64,000 bases of DNA from Octopus vulgaris (GCA_951406725.2 OX597820.1:6696001-6760000); one strand, 5' to 3'. Shown: positions 1 through 15,140, counted from the first letter of the stretch. The notes: a model not told the origin generated them from the letters alone. Made by a program: numbers and translations.

Positions 1-467
1 TCAAGTCGGAGTTTTAGTGGTAAACCAATTCGAGTACTTACAGTAAATTCTTATTGCAACATTACCTCATTAGACCGAATTTTAATATACGCACACATAC
101 ACACGAACACACACGGAAACATACACACACGGAAACACACACACATGTGCAAATATATATAGTGGTTTCTTATGGTCTTTTTCAACGCATGCTGGAAGCA
201 TATTCAAAAGCCACGTCCATTAGAATCATCCGCTATCTTGTAATTGCGTTGTATTCGTAAACAGGATTATTTCATGAAATCTTTTACTCTAGTTTGGCAG
301 ACATTACAATCGTGCGGTCGTTTAAAACAACTTCCGCGAAACACTTCAGTCTAGATTAATAATTCAGTGTAATCTTAAATAACTATAGCAGAAGATATAT
401 CTTTCTACATTGACCTTTAGTGAGTACTTTCACTGGTTGTACATGAATGATGTTACGTGCTTATATA

Positions 468-967
468 AACTTAGACTTAGATAAACTTAGATATGTTTCG
501 ACCAATGATTGGTCCAGACCATGTCTAACTTAATAGCACCACCTGATAGGATTATTTGAATCCTGTTTAAGTCAAGTTTTGTTTATGGTCCATTCAAGTA
601 GTGAGTGTTTGTTGGGTGAGTTGTATCCAATTATGGGTGGCTTATCTGGTATTCCTTGAAGGAATCTATCCAAACTCCGTTTAAAGTTGATGGGATCCTT
701 TTCCTCTTTGATCTCTTTCGGGACAATGTTAAATAGGGCAGGGTCTGTTGAGGAAAAGAAATTATGTTGCAGTGTACATGTATGCTGTGATCTTGAATTG
801 GGCAGGGGACGTATGGCCCGTGGTCCCAGTCTTGGATGAACCAGGTCGTTTGAGCAAAGTTGGCGGTATATTCTCCACATCGTACAAATGATGTACCGCT
901 CACGGCGACGCTGGAGAGAGTAACGTTTCAAGGCTTTAAGGCGATCCCAATAATCGAGATGAGCCAT
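468..967 (-). mobile_element. 5'-truncated CR1-like LINE: ORF2 C-terminus plus 3' UTR
   Basis: ORF 572-967 reads HLDYWDRLKALKRYSLQRRRERY...LFNIVPKEIK...FKRSLDRFLQGIPD, typical of the CR1/L2-group ORF2 tail. The 3' UTR ends in short (A)TCTAAG repeats. Confidence 0.85.
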
Positions 968-997
968 GCCTTATATATATACATATATATATATATA

Positions 998-1345
998 TGA
1001 GTTTTTTGCGTAATGAGATAAAAAATACCAAGGCTGTATAGATATTAGAGCATTTATAGATAGATGGTTTTACAGCTGTTTCTAGAATATTAATTAGTAA
1101 TAATATCTCTTCATCAGAGACGGTGTGAGAGGAAAATAAAGTCATAGTTAGTTTCGATGTGATACAAAATAGATAGTGAGGTGGAGGAAAGAAAACAGAT
1201 GCAAGATATGTTTGGTTATTGAGTTCGTAAATCCATTTTATAGGCATAATGTGTAATATTCCAATATCCTTTGAGTAAAATCCAAAAGTCTAACAGAGTT
1301 TAATATGAGTCCATCCAAATGTAAAGTTGGTCCTTCCCAGTAGGG
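998..1345 (-). mobile_element. Penelope-like element 3' end / pLTR remnant
   Basis: Contains a hammerhead motif (1067-1121) and is bounded by (TA)n. The upstream minus-strand sequence (RILEYY..NGFTN) only weakly resembles a PLE ORF end. Confidence 0.55.
1067..1121 (-). ncRNA. Minimal type I hammerhead ribozyme motif
   Basis: Minus strand: GTCT-CTGATGA-AGAGATATTA..TAATATTCT-A-GAAA-CAGCTG-TA-AAAC. Canonical core, stem II with one bulge, palindromic stem III (ACAGCTGT), GUA site, stem I with 1 mismatch. Confidence 0.65.
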
Positions 1346-1378
1346 AATTTATATATATATATATTTATATATAAAATA

Positions 1379-1409
<31 letters not shown>

Positions 1410-1548
1410 GTAAAAAAAAAATACAAACTGGGACAAGAACGTGAAACATTTAGAAGACGACACAAAAAACACGGAAAAACGGGACATTTGAAGCCTTCAA
1501 TCTTCGCAATTTCGGCTATGAGTGTGTGCGTATAAACATCTGAAATCT

Positions 1549-1808
1549 CCCGTCGAAGAGGACGCATGAGTGTTCAGTTTCTGCTGAACGCCCTGCACGG
1601 CTGATTTGTTTATAGTGATCAAGTGTCTGTACAGCACATTATCTCACTTCCTCCATCAAATCGACATTTCCGGTACGGGTGCATGGTGTACCATTCGTCT
1701 GGGGTGCAACTGATTGCAGAACAACGTGAACCGTCTCCAGAACATAACCACAACTAGATAGAGGGACTGAAATCGTGATCGCGCGATCGTGCGTGCAGTA
1801 GCTCTTCC
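1549..1808 (-). mobile_element. Degenerate tRNA-headed SINE-like element
   Basis: The minus-strand start resembles the tRNA-like heads of other SINEs here (gagc..cacgatcgcgcgatcacgatttcagtccc). Single copy in the window. Confidence 0.4.
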
Positions 1809-1826
1809 ACACACACACACACACAC

Positions 1827-2064
1827 CTATTTCTATTTCTTTACTACCCACAACGGGCTAAACATAGAGAGGACAAACAAGGATAGACAAATGGATTAAG
1901 TCGATTACATCGACCCCAGTGCGTAACTGGTACTCAATTTATCGACCTCGAAAGGATGAAAGTCAAAGTCGACCTCGTGGGATTTCAACTCAGAACGTAG
2001 CGGCAGACGAAATACTGCTAAGCATTTCGTCCGGGGTGCTAACGTTTCTGCCAGCTCGCCGCCT
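1827..2064 (-). mobile_element. SINE family A, tail type 1
   Basis: Head GGCGGCGAGCTGGCAGAA..GTTGAAATCC, core GTCGACTTTGACTTTCATCCTTTCGAGGTCGATAAATTGAGTACCAG, tail ..GTGGGTAGTAAAGAAATAG. Homologous to 27419 and 60098. Confidence 0.9.
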
Positions 2065-2890
2065 TCACACACACCATCACACATACATTCTTGAGAGGGT
2101 CCTTATGTCAATAATAAAGAAGCCCTTGTTCCATTTCCTGCCTTTGCAGTTTATTTTTCAAGTGTTTCAATATTTGACCACCTAACAATTCGATCGTTCA
2201 GTTACGCACCCAATCAGGTTTATCGAAATCCCTTTGTCGCCATTCCCGGCTCTTTTCAAGGATAAGTCCTCACACTCGTTTGACGCAGCAAGTTAGGGCT
2301 CAACTCCTATTGGAGATCTTGCAAGTCAAATTCGAATACGATACACATGGCATGTTGTCTTCTCGAGCAAAACACTACATGTCACGTTGCTCTGCGATCA
2401 TTCCCCCACCTGACGCATGGCATACTTGTGCCTCCGTGTGGCACAGCCCAGCACTGTCAATGTATCCAAACAATAAATATACAAACTGCGAAACTTAGTA
2501 TAACTGAAGTTTCATTAAGTTTCCATTTATAAGTCGAAAGTCATTCATGAGGCGAATGCGGTCCGTCCCACGATGTAACGCTTTGATCAACATACAAAAG
2601 AGTGTACATATCTGAGTATAACTCCCTCTCGCTCTCTCTATCTATCTCTCCCCTACTTTCTTTTCTTTCTGTATCTATATATAATTAACATCTTTAATTC
2701 AATGAAGAACCATCAACAAACGACTGAGACGACGGCAAAATAAAAGCAAACACACACACACACACAAAACTAACGAAAGAAAAACAAAAACAAGAAAACA
2801 AAAATCAATTATCTTTACTGCAAGTTGAGCTATTCTCAGGACGAGTTTATTGTTTTAGAGTTAAAAGAGAAAAAAATTGTAAAACTCAAC

Positions 2891-2948
<58 letters not shown>

Positions 2949-2965
2949 TGATAATGATGACGATA
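2891..2965 (+). repeat. (AAT)n microsatellite
   Basis: Direct read. Confidence 0.95.
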
Positions 2966-3151
2966 AAATATCGATCTGTCAAATAATAATAGTAATACTG
3001 AAGACCTGTTTATCGTAATTATGCATCAATTAGACAATGTAGGGAGAAATACTGTAACACAGTTAATGATTTACGTGAAGGTTTTTGGTTGGCAGTTATA
3101 AATATGTTCAGTCTTTTAGTGCTTTATGTAAAGAACTCGCAGAAAAAAAAC

Positions 3152-3690
<539 letters not shown>

Positions 3691-4991
3691 TAAATTCACA
3701 TACACACGCACGCACACATAAAATGGTTGGTCTAAAAAATAATACTTTTTACCGCTGTATAATAAACCATCAGTTTATGGCTAATCATAAAAGAATACGA
3801 GACATTTTCTATTGATTCTACTATGAACAAGACAGACAATACGGTGCCAACGTAATGATGGCACCAATTTCTGACCAAAAAAAAAACCCCTACAAAATCT
3901 CATTTTTTTAGCATTTCATAATTTTGTCATTAAAAACCACCCATATGGCGATGTGAAAGGCGAAGAGTCGGAAGTGACGTGGATACATAAACACCCAGAT
4001 TCATAAAACTTTAAGTGATATTTTAGACTTCACAAGCGTCTGTACATTGCAGATGAACAGTTTGCCGTTATTGTCTTTTCTAGAAACAGGCCGGCCATCT
4101 TCGATTGTATTTAGACGCCAGCATATTCCGTGACCGTCTCTTTTGTCCAGACTGAATCACTGAATAGTTTCATGAGTCTTTTAAACGCTTTGGCGTGATT
4201 TAGGGGAGTTGGGTGAGGATCCAATTAATTGCTGGATATCAGACATATTTACAGTCGTACAGAAATCTCGTATTAGGATCTCCTGAGTTGATTGTACCGC
4301 GAAAACGGTTTGAATGGTGACGGTGGGGACATCTTTGCTTTATAGGTGTCATCACTGGCGACTGGTCTGGAAGACTGGACTGGGAATAAGTAACTGCGAT
4401 AGTTCCAAAGTACCGAAATATTCATTCAAACAAGAGGAGGGGAAATTCTTCTTCTGCCTCCCCAACCGCTCCCTCCCTTCAGAATACTCTCACACACCAA
4501 AATGATATTCATATACGCAAAACTAAAATAATTCTGTTAATTTCTTTGTCTTCAATACATTCCTTACGGAATTAACGTTTTTGCGAGTCGGGGATTTTAA
4601 TCATGCATAGGTCAATTTTATGTTTCGATCTCTTTCGTACATGACTTCAGCCACTGGTGAGAAACGAAATCGCTATGTATTTTCGTTAACAAAAATGTAG
4701 TATTTGGAGAAAATGGAAGTATAACATTTTCCTGTAATACAATGTAGGGACACTTTATAATTTCCATGCGTGCATATGTGTCCTATGAACAAAACTGGCA
4801 TTGAACTCAGAGTTGAGCCATACTCTGTTCCCATTGCTCACTCTACCTACCGGCGGAATTCTATGACTTTCCTAGCAAATTATATTTGCACGATTCAAAA
4901 TGTATTTTTAAAATACCATACATCTGTTATAGCTTGATAGATAGAAAGACACGCAGACATACGCGCGAGCACACACACAAACAGAGATACA

Positions 4992-5028
<37 letters not shown>

Positions 5029-5253
5029 CCACTATATAATTTTGTTTACATTAAACCAATATCTTCAAGTATGTTAAACATTAAACAATACAAATGTATA
5101 TAACACTTGATATTCACAGAAAATTGAATATACTTACATATATACATACACACACAAACATACATACGTATGTGTATATATGCATACATACATATAAACA
5201 TCTATCTAGCTAACAACCTATCTGTCCCTCTGTACACACACACACGTTTCATA

Positions 5254-5284
<31 letters not shown>

Positions 5285-5603
5285 AAACAAATGCATGTCC
5301 CGTTAGATGTTTCAATGCATGTAAAGGAACAAATGCACAGAGAAATATATAAAAGTAAATATTGAACATACAATACGCCAATTTGCACAATCATGCACAA
5401 ATATTTGCATATCCTCATATAAATACACACACACACACGCGCGCGCGCATACACTCTTGCCCTTTTAGACATACGCCCTCACTCATAACCTTATCTGTAT
5501 ACTATCACGCCAACGCCCGCACACACACAAAAATATATATCATATATCATAATTATTTGAGGGAATATTAATCCTAACTTACAGGGAAAATATTGTAAAA
5601 ACA

Positions 5604-5657
5604 TAATAAAAACGTATATAATTGGTATATATATACCAATTATATACGTTTTTATTA
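5604..5657. repeat. Perfect 54 bp palindrome
   Basis: TAATAAAAACGTATATAATTGGTATAT followed by its exact reverse complement, centred on a short TA run. Confidence 0.95.
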
Positions 5658-6436
5658 ATTTCTATTGCAATTTACTTAATCATTGGTATTTTATTGTTAT
5701 TTTAATTACAATATTTCTATTATATGTAACTTTCTAGATGGTGTAATTTAATTGTTCATTTTGAATTGATAAAAGGTGGTTCTTTCTAATTTTTTATATC
5801 ATATATCATATATATATTATATATATACACATATTTCTGTTTATGCAACTGTCTGATACATGAAATATATACACTCCAAATAAGAATATAATTTTTTAAT
5901 TTCCTAGTACGTCTTCCCTAAATGTTAACTCTAAGTTAATTTACAGCTTATCAACTAAACTCACTTCAAACAATTTAGATTCTGTTATTGCTGCTGTGGA
6001 TATGATGGAGAACAAATTCTGTCAAGAGTTGCGTCTCGAACCTCCCCCGTCCTCATACAATATACATCACTCCGTCGTTCTTAGCTATTTATTTATATAG
6101 ATCTTACACATTCCAATGAACAATTCCATGTGATTCTCGCTGACAACTTCTCATTCAGCTAATTGCAGTTAGAAGAATTACTTTCGAGTTGTTACTTCGC
6201 AGATTATGTTCAGACATCGATGAATCGACGTCTTCGTTTTTTTCTTTTATGTTCATGTTTTATGCATAAAGATGTTTTAATAAGTACGCAGACAATACTC
6301 TATCTCTCTCACAACCACCCCTATACATATTTGTATGTAAATATATGCATTAATATACATATATAATTATGCAAGTACGTTTATATATTTATTCATCCAT
6401 ATTTCCAGCCATCCATACACTTATATAAGTATACAA

Positions 6437-6480
<44 letters not shown>

Positions 6481-7429
6481 TCTATGTGTGCATCTGAGTG
6501 TGTGTGTGTGTGTGTCGTGTGTAAAGTGTGTTTACATCTAACTACATTTCTGTTGACGCAATTCACATATGTAGAGTCACACATACTTGTCGGCGCATTT
6601 CTACGTAAGTATCCCAATTATATATTTATCTATGTATAAATACAGAAATGTGTGGATGTATCGTACACATACAAACGTGAGGCAATACGGAAGTTTTATT
6701 CAATAATGACAAAGAAAAAAGACGACGATGTTACGCCATTCTTTTTTTTCCAAATTTCGTGTCATCGATTTTGCAATGACAAAGATTCTGTGTAAGTAAT
6801 CCACCTTGGCTAAACTGCTAACCAGAAACTCCGAGTAACAACAATGGAAAACGCCTCTTTTTAATTATTTACATACACAGATACACTTACAGAATATGTT
6901 CAAGACCTTTCATCGGATCTCCAGGAATCGAACTTTCTTCAATGCAGTTAAACTCACACCCTCATTTGTATCTTCACTCTCTGGAAAGCTAGGATGTTTT
7001 GAAAAAACTTTTTTAATAACCTGTATAATACTAATTGAACTCTTAAAAAACCAATATGTTATCTAAATTCTCATTTTTATAGAATTTTCCATGATGTTTC
7101 ATATGTGTAACATTACCCCTTTTGATGTTTGGGAATCTCAGATGTTTTTTCGGCTGATGAGTACGAGCCACCTATATTTGCTGCAATTTTTGTAGCTTTA
7201 TTAAAGATCTCCTCGTACGAAACAATTGTACCGATATATTGATCCATTCTTGTTGCTTTTTTCCTATTTGTAATCACCCCACTTTGTCGTATGGTTAACA
7301 CCATATAGATTTCCGGTGCATCCTAGTTAAGGACCATATTCATGTGAATTCATTAGAACTCACTTGAATCTCAGTTACTTAAACCGTATATATATATATA
7401 CATATATATGTATCATGTATATATGTATG

Positions 7430-9420
7430 TCAGGTCGCTATTCAGTGCTAATGGTAACATGTAAACCGGCACATCCTCTTGTACTGTCGGGTCGTCAGCG
7501 ACGAAACTGACAACCCTACAAGGTTTGCTTGGTTAGAAGGATGTCGTTGGACCACCTGCGGGATGAAAAATAAGACCCGTCAAAGGGCGGAGGAACTCCT
7601 GAACAGTTAACGGCCATCCAATAAAATGTTTGTAAATATGTATATATCTTTCTTCTTTTCTTTTCTTATATGTATGAATTTTTACTTTTATATATATATA
7701 TATTATATTTTTTATATATGTACATTTATCACAGGCTGGACTTGGCCGTCATCTTGCCACTGGTCAAACAATCTACAAGAAAATGTAAAAATAAACATCT
7801 TTTGAATTTTGGCTGTTGGAACGTGCGCACGCTTCTTGATAATTTCAACAAGAGACCAGAAATGCGTACTACACTTATTGCATGTGAGCTTAAGAAATAT
7901 TCCCTTGAAATAGTTGCGTTCTCCGAAACTTGTCTCTCTGGTGAGGGCCAAATAAATGAACCTATTGATGAATATACTATCTTTTGGAGAGAACTACCTG
8001 AGGGTCAGCGTAGAGAATCTGATGTTGAGTTTGCTCTCAAAAACACATTGCAGAGCTTCCCAGTGGCTTTGCATCAAGATATGAAAAGTAGAGTTAACTT
8101 TGGTGGTAGGTTCTCTAAATCTTTTGCCGTGTAAAATGGAGTAAAGCAAGGAAACCTTGATGCACCCATCGTCTTTGCAATATACTTTGCTGTTGTTTTC
8201 ACACGCTTTTCATGACTCTGAGGAAGGTATTTACATAAAATATCGAACAACAGGGAATGTGTTTTTTTTATCTGAAAAGACTGAAATTCAAAACGAAGGT
8301 TTTTACTTCACTCATTAGGGAACCTTTATACGCAGACGATTGCAATCTTGTCAGTCATTCTGAAACAGGTCTGCAATCTGTTGTATCTGCATTTAACTCG
8401 GCTTGTGATGATTTTGGCTTGACCATCAACTGGAAAAAAAACCCAGTTGTAATGCATCAATCTGCGTGTGGTGCTGTTTGTAACCCCACCTAAAATTTTT
8501 GTTAACGATAAGTTGTAGATTCGTTCATCTATCTTGGAAGCCCTATTCAAAATGATGAAAATCTTGATACAGAAATACAGCTGCGAATTCAAAAGGCGGC
8601 AAAAGTATTTGGTGGCTTGGAGTCACACGTTTGGTGCCAGCGACATATAAATAAGAACACAAAGTTGACTCATTACGAATCATTTGTCTTACCATCTCTG
8701 TTGTTTTCCTGTGTAACTTGGGCTTGTTATGAAAAGCATTTTAAATTGTTCGGACAATTCCACTAAAAATGCCTTCAGTGCATTTTAAACATTAAATGGA
8801 GTCCTTTTACCCCAAACACAGTTGTCCTTGCATCTGCAGGCATCGCCTCAATTAAAGCTATGATTTTGAGGAACCGAATTAGATGGTGTGGCCATATTGT
8901 TTGAATGGCAGATGAACGCATGCCGAAACAGCTGTTTTATGGTGAGTTTGCAGAGAGGAAACGCTATCGGCGTAAACCTAAAAAAAGGTTTCAGGACGGC
9001 ACGAGAACTACTATGAAGTCACTTGGAATGGTTCCAGAAGATATAGACACCCTTGCTTCGGATCGAGTTGGTTGGTGAACAACGGTTTGGAGTGGAGCGA
9101 AAGCATTTGAAGAGGCTAGGATAATGCAAGTAAGACTCAAGAGAGATCTAAGGAAGAATATAACGATTGAGAAGGTGAATGACAATGACCTTTTTGTGTG
9201 CACAGTGTGTAACAGACTACGCCTATCTTTTTCTGGGCTCAAATCTCATCTGCGAACCCATGGAAAACGAACCTCCACCAACAATTCTACCTATATGTCT
9301 GTACACACCTTTGAATACACTGAATATTATGCTTCGTGGTGTTTTCCTCCTCTCTTACGTCCCGAGATGATGGATGTTACCGTTGACCCATCCTTCAGTT
9401 GAACACTAGATGGCTGGTAT
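7430..9420 (+). mobile_element. RTE-clade LINE, internally deleted and pseudogenised
   Basis: GC-richer 5' UTR 7430-7625. APE endonuclease start FGCWNVRTLLD..RPEMRTTLIACELKKY..AFSETC joins directly to RT (LHQDMKSRV..GVKQG, LYADDC at ~8325-8343). C-terminal C..C..H..H-type finger CTVCNR..GLKSHLRTH. Many stops and frameshifts. Confidence 0.92.
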
Positions 9421-9861
9421 GTTCTTGTTTAATGAGCTGTAGGATCAGGGTAGGATTGGCATTACAAAATAGCAACAGAAGCACATCAAACAAGCTTTAA
9501 AACTCATCGGAAATAGGTTTTTTTTTTTTTTGCAGGTTATTAGAAACCATTTGTGCCACGCTGGTCATAAAGCCTCGCTCTCCAATCATTCCAGGTAGAA
9601 AGAACAACCAAACCTGCCAGATTTTATCGAGGTGTTGCTTGAGCCTGATGTAATAAACTTGAAATAGTTTCTTTCAGAATCGGCGAGTAATCATCTTAAG
9701 CAACATTTTCGATTTATTTACAGTTTCTCATTCTTTTGTCTCCTCGTATCAAATCCAAATAAGATCTATTTCTTATTCGCTGTCCTAATTGCCTTCAAAA
9801 ATCTGACAGAAAACTAACAAATATAAATAATAATAACTTCCTAGCATGTTACTTTCTGCAC

Positions 9862-9915
9862 TATAATTACTATTATTATTATTATTATCATCATTATTAT
9901 TATCATTATTATCAC

Positions 9916-9961
<46 letters not shown>

Positions 9962-10071
9962 GTGATTGTTGTTGTTATTGTCAATGTTGTTATTTTCAAC
10001 ATTGTCACTATCATCCCTCCTCCTAATCATAATCACATCTTTTCCTCCTTCTACTTTCTCCCCTTCTGCTC

Positions 10072-10139
<68 letters not shown>

Positions 10140-10150
10140 CATTATTATGA
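9862..10150. repeat. (ATT)n/(GTT)n microsatellite block
   Basis: Direct read. Confidence 0.95.
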
Positions 10151-12069
10151 TACGTTGCACTTGTTGTTGCCAGTCGTTGGTGTTGGCGGCGGCATTTTCA
10201 TCGGACATATTTACAGCTTTTGACGTGTCATTTTCAGCAAATATAAATAGTTTCTTTTTTTATTTTCCTATCTCGCCTTGCACCAGAGTGTGCAACTGTA
10301 GGATTAATATTGCATGATTGCACTGAATGTCATAAATAGGAATTAATTTGCAACACACATCGTTTGAAACTAATCTAAGACAAAGCAGCACGCCAAATTC
10401 CTATTGGGAAGAAAATCTCCGAAGATAAGGTAAGATGCGTTAAATAAAGAGTAGAAGTGCTGTGTTCAGTAATCCATCGATAAATATAACCAGGTAAATC
10501 TCTCTTGTTTTATATATATATGTTCATGTGTGTCTGTGTGTCGATGTGTGTGTTTATGGCTGTGTGTGTTTTGGTCTTTGTGTGCGTGTTTGTGTAGGCA
10601 TATGTGTGTGAATGTGTGTGTCTGCGCATTAGTTAGTGATCTTGTATGCTTTTGTATATGTTTATATCGTGATTCAGTAAGGGAGGGAAAGAAAGAGAGA
10701 GAGAGTGAGAGAGAGGGTGGAGAGAAAGAAAACATGAGAGAATGGAAGAAATTCTCCGTTTCACCGTTATGAAGTCCCTCGCAGTATTTTGCCCACGTGA
10801 TCTTTGAACTTTTCTGATCTCCAAGTTAGGAATTATCCTCGTTTCTCTTAAGGGATCGCCATGGGATTTCTCACTAGTCTTCTGTTCCATTCAAGACATA
10901 TTTTTTGGTTGAGATTTACAACGATAAGATGAGATAGAATTACAAGAAGAGTATCGCAGGGAATAACTTGTACTTGTATATACAGAGTTCAAATCCAGCC
11001 GAGGACGTCTATATGCTGTTATCCTTCGAAAGGCCAATGAAATAAAGCATCACTAAAATACAGGGATCGGTTTTATCGATTCCTTCTTAACATGTTTGGC
11101 CCCCGTCTCTATATTTCTACTCATCAATACTTCAGGACAAGAGCAGGGGAGAAGCTGATTCAATAAAGCGTCGGTAGTGAAGGAACAAATACCTTGTGGT
11201 ATTCAGTTTCACCCTCGTACCTTCTGAGAACCATTCACAACAAAGCTGACTTTATCTTAAAATTTTTCCATATTCGATAAAACAAATACCAGTGTTGATT
11301 GAGAGATTTGCAGTTCCTCACATTTCCGATATCAGCGCTATATTATTTCTCATCTTATTCCATCATTACGAAGAAATTGCTTTAATATACGTTCCCCAAG
11401 TTCGAATCTCTTCGACCTTGGCTACATCTTTCATCTTACGTTGGTTGAATACCATTTGGAATAGGATCGATCTAATCGTATATATTTGAACCCCTCATTC
11501 CAGACGTTGTGTTTATGTCAGACATCGATATTTGCCTGAACAAAGTATAAGGTAGATATCATCTAGCATTCCCAGTTAATAAGTGTTGTTGATTACATCA
11601 ACTCTAGCCTCGGCTAATAAAAGGCGAGATCTTATTATTCCAGTATCACAAATGGTTATTTCATATCTGATGACCACCACACATCTAATATTGTTGTCAA
11701 GTGAGACGACAACCACCAGTCTGGCCTATTTCACGAAAGGTATTATCATCGCAACATCCGTGTTTGTGTGGTTAGCAACACCAATATCGTCGCAATTTGT
11801 AGAAATTAAATGAGGATGCTCTTTTAAACGTATTGTTTTAAACAATCTTGTTGGATACATACAATGAAAGAAAAAGAGAAATAAAACAGCATTCCGCCGT
11901 CGTGAACAGACGAAGTTGTATTGTAGTTAAAATTCTGGAAGTCTTTTAACATACTTTTCAAGACCCTAGACCTCGACCTCCAGGACTTTGTCACTAAAAG
12001 TCAGCTGAATGATTGTGGATATACACCAGTTCAGTGCTGGCTATGCCTGACAGCAAATGTCACTCACAC

Positions 12070-12170
12070 CCTCGCTTCCAGAAATATCTAAGCGGTTGAC
12101 AGTTGTCTGAGTTTGAAACGGGGACGTACGGCTATTTATCATCATCTGTATATTGCTGGGAAGGCGAAAA
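12070..12170 (+). mobile_element. Possible Tc1-like transposase N-terminal relic
   Basis: QLSEFETG resembles the Tc1-family LSEFERG motif. Very short. Confidence 0.3.
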
Positions 12171-12383
12171 GATGTATGTATGTATATATGTGTGTATATG
12201 CACATATGACCATATATATACATATATATACATATACATATATATACATATATATACACACATATATACATACACATATATATATATACACACATATATA
12301 TACAGACATATATCTACACATATATATACACACACACATATATATACACATATATACACACATATATATATACAGACATATAT

Positions 12384-12440
<57 letters not shown>

Positions 12441-12767
12441 GGAGAGAGATGGAGAGACACAGAGAGAAAGATTGTTTCATAACAAATTTGTGAAAAACAG
12501 AGCTGTATTTGGCTTGTTGAAATCATTCATCTATAAACATTTTTGTTGTTTAATATTGACCAATTAGATAAAAGATAAAAGTCATTCCAGCCGGAACCAC
12601 TCCGCCATTTCAGTTTTGGGACATAATATGTAGGACCAGGTTAAATCGTTTGTGACTCGATATGAAGACCGTAAATTGAGGTTTGAGGAGTATAAGATTT
12701 CAAATTCCGTGTGAGTCAGAACTTCTTATAATTATGCCCAACAGTCTTACGAAGCGAGGAATAAACT

Positions 12768-12861
12768 GATAAATTAAGTACCAGTTGCGTACTGGGGACG
12801 ATCTAATCGACTGGCCGTCTCCCCAAAAATTTCCGGCCTTGTGCTTAGAGTAGAAAAGAAT
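12768..12861 (+). mobile_element. SINE family A 3' half, tail type 2
   Basis: GATAAATTAAGTACCAG core followed by CCCCAAAAATTTCCGGCCTTGTGCTTAGAGTAGAAAAGAAT. Confidence 0.8.
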
Positions 12862-12987
12862 ATCCCTCCTGGAAGTACAATAGTTTGTCGTTGTCTGTCA
12901 GTTTGAATTATTGTTAACCCAGAGGACATAAACAAGAACTATATAAAAGAATATAAAAAATATTATATATAAATATATTGAAAACCA

Positions 12988-13049
<62 letters not shown>

Positions 13050-13075
13050 TAAATAAAAGTATAAACAATATATAC

Positions 13076-13296
13076 GCAGGGCATTGCTGGAGATTTAAGC
13101 AGGAAGTTATACACGAGGAATTACTGTGGGAACCAACTCACGGGAGATGCTATAGTGGAAGACCTGCTCAAACATTTATCGATCAACTCTCAGGTGATGG
13201 CAACCTCAATAAAGAACAACCGCTACGACCAATGGAAAATGGTAGATTGTAGAGAGACTGTAAGAGGAATTTTCGACTCTGGTCTCAATGATGATA
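13076..13296 (+). mobile_element. 5'-truncated RTE-type LINE 3' end
   Basis: Hand translation AGHCWRFKQEVIHEELLWEPTHGRCYSGRPAQTFIDQL matches the RTE C-terminal GH..R..W.P..G.R..GRP pattern. Ends in TGATGAT. Confidence 0.8.
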
Positions 13297-14322
13297 TTCT
13301 TTCGATATCTTTTATAATAATATCGTTTTCGAAGTTCAATATAGAGGAATTCACAATAACTGCATAGATTTAGACGGAAAATAAAAAGCAAAACAGAAAC
13401 GAAAACCGCCCTAAGCACTTCAGAAATCTAGTGTCCTGGACTAGAATATAATTTTATTGATGAAGTATGAAGGGCAGAATTGATAATGGCGAGATTTGAA
13501 TTCAGAATACGAAGAGGGGAAACAAACACCGCAAGGTGATTTTGCACGATGGCACTCTAGCCATTCTGTTAAATCACCATTTTCGTATGACACCTTGCTG
13601 TCTTAATAGAAGAAGATAAAAACATTAAAGAATGAGCTTCAGCAACAATTCTTTGGAAAGAAAGTAAGTTGAATCATGAACACGTTTGTTCATATGTCTA
13701 ATCAAAGCTGGCCTAGGGCTGAACAAAAACAACAACAAGAACACCGATATTAGAAGTAGATACATATGATATATGTTAGTAATAAATAGAAAATTCAAAA
13801 ACATAAATCTAGAATCGTATATGCAAAAATAAAATTGGAAACTCTTCCCCCTCCATCGGAGTAAATATTTCTGGCAAGCGAAAGAATTGTCCGCCATTAC
13901 ACACATTTGTTGTTTCTCAGAAGCAATAAGACATTCAACAATTCATTTCATTATACTGCAGACACATCGCTTTATTATTATTATTGCTATTATTATTATT
14001 ACTATTATTACTGTTACTATTATTATCATCATCATCATTGTTATTATTATTATTATTATTTATTATTATTATTATTACGATCGTTTACAAATTGGTTTAT
14101 TGCACAATAACATTTACTGGAGATCTGTGGATTTATAGGAAATAATTTTCTCATTTCAGAAATAATTTTCCGAGCGACAATTTGTTGAAAGTCAGAGATT
14201 TAGTTTAACGGGACAGGAATATAAAATTTATACTGCCGTCAGGTCATTAGAGAACACGTTAATGTTACACAATCTCATTGTCGTTAAATGAAAATACACG
14301 AAATAGTGTTATACGTACGTAC

Positions 14323-14370
<48 letters not shown>

Positions 14371-14494
14371 CAAATGTATATGTATATATATATCTGTGCG
14401 TAGGCATGTAATTTTATATATGTATAAGATGTATGTACGTGTATCTGTATGCCCGAGTGTATATATATATCTATATTTAAGTATTTGGACACAT

Positions 14495-14576
<82 letters not shown>

Positions 14577-14984
14577 GCCATATATCATCTACACACGAAC
14601 TAATATATGGATAAAGAATATCTGTGAATGGATTTAATGTATATTCATACAAAAATACACACACACATATCTGCCCATCATACATACTCATACACTGATA
14701 TGCACATACACACAAATGAATACCCAAAGTATTTATTTACCGACAGATTGAGCGTGAGCACATTAATGTTGGTCGACCATTGCTTAGATATAAGGACAAA
14801 CTGAAGAGTAACCTCTTAGAAATGAAGATAGCTCAACAATACCTTTGAGCTAATAGCCTCGGAACGAACAAAGTGGAGATCGTTGTGTCAAAATATAAAA
14901 ACTTTGTTGCAACTAGCATTAACAGGTTCTGGATTCAAAGCAGAAGAGAAAAGCGGCTGCAAATATACCACATACACTAACCTG

Positions 14985-15140
14985 TAATCTTCATACTTGC
15001 AACATCTGAGGCCTTCTTTGAAAACCGTTGGCAGGACTTAAATGTGTATATACGCAAACACCCATAATACATTTAGACGCTCACATGCAGATGCCATCTC
15101 CATCGAGTATATTTCTCCTGCATATCTACCACCAACTTAT
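14985..15140 (+). mobile_element. Possible Gypsy integrase C-terminal relic
   Basis: DAISIEYISPAYL resembles the D.VSIDRLKPAY motif. Otherwise too decayed to read. Confidence 0.25.

Noticed and set aside
1410-1520. Additional pLTR/hammerhead
   Set aside because: It looks like a pLTR-type fragment, but no intact core can be read.
7478-7523. Hammerhead-like CTGTCGG-GTCG..CGAC-GAAAC in the RTE 5' UTR
   Set aside because: No stem III or UH site. TGTCGG/CTGACA pairing explains it as an ordinary extended hairpin.
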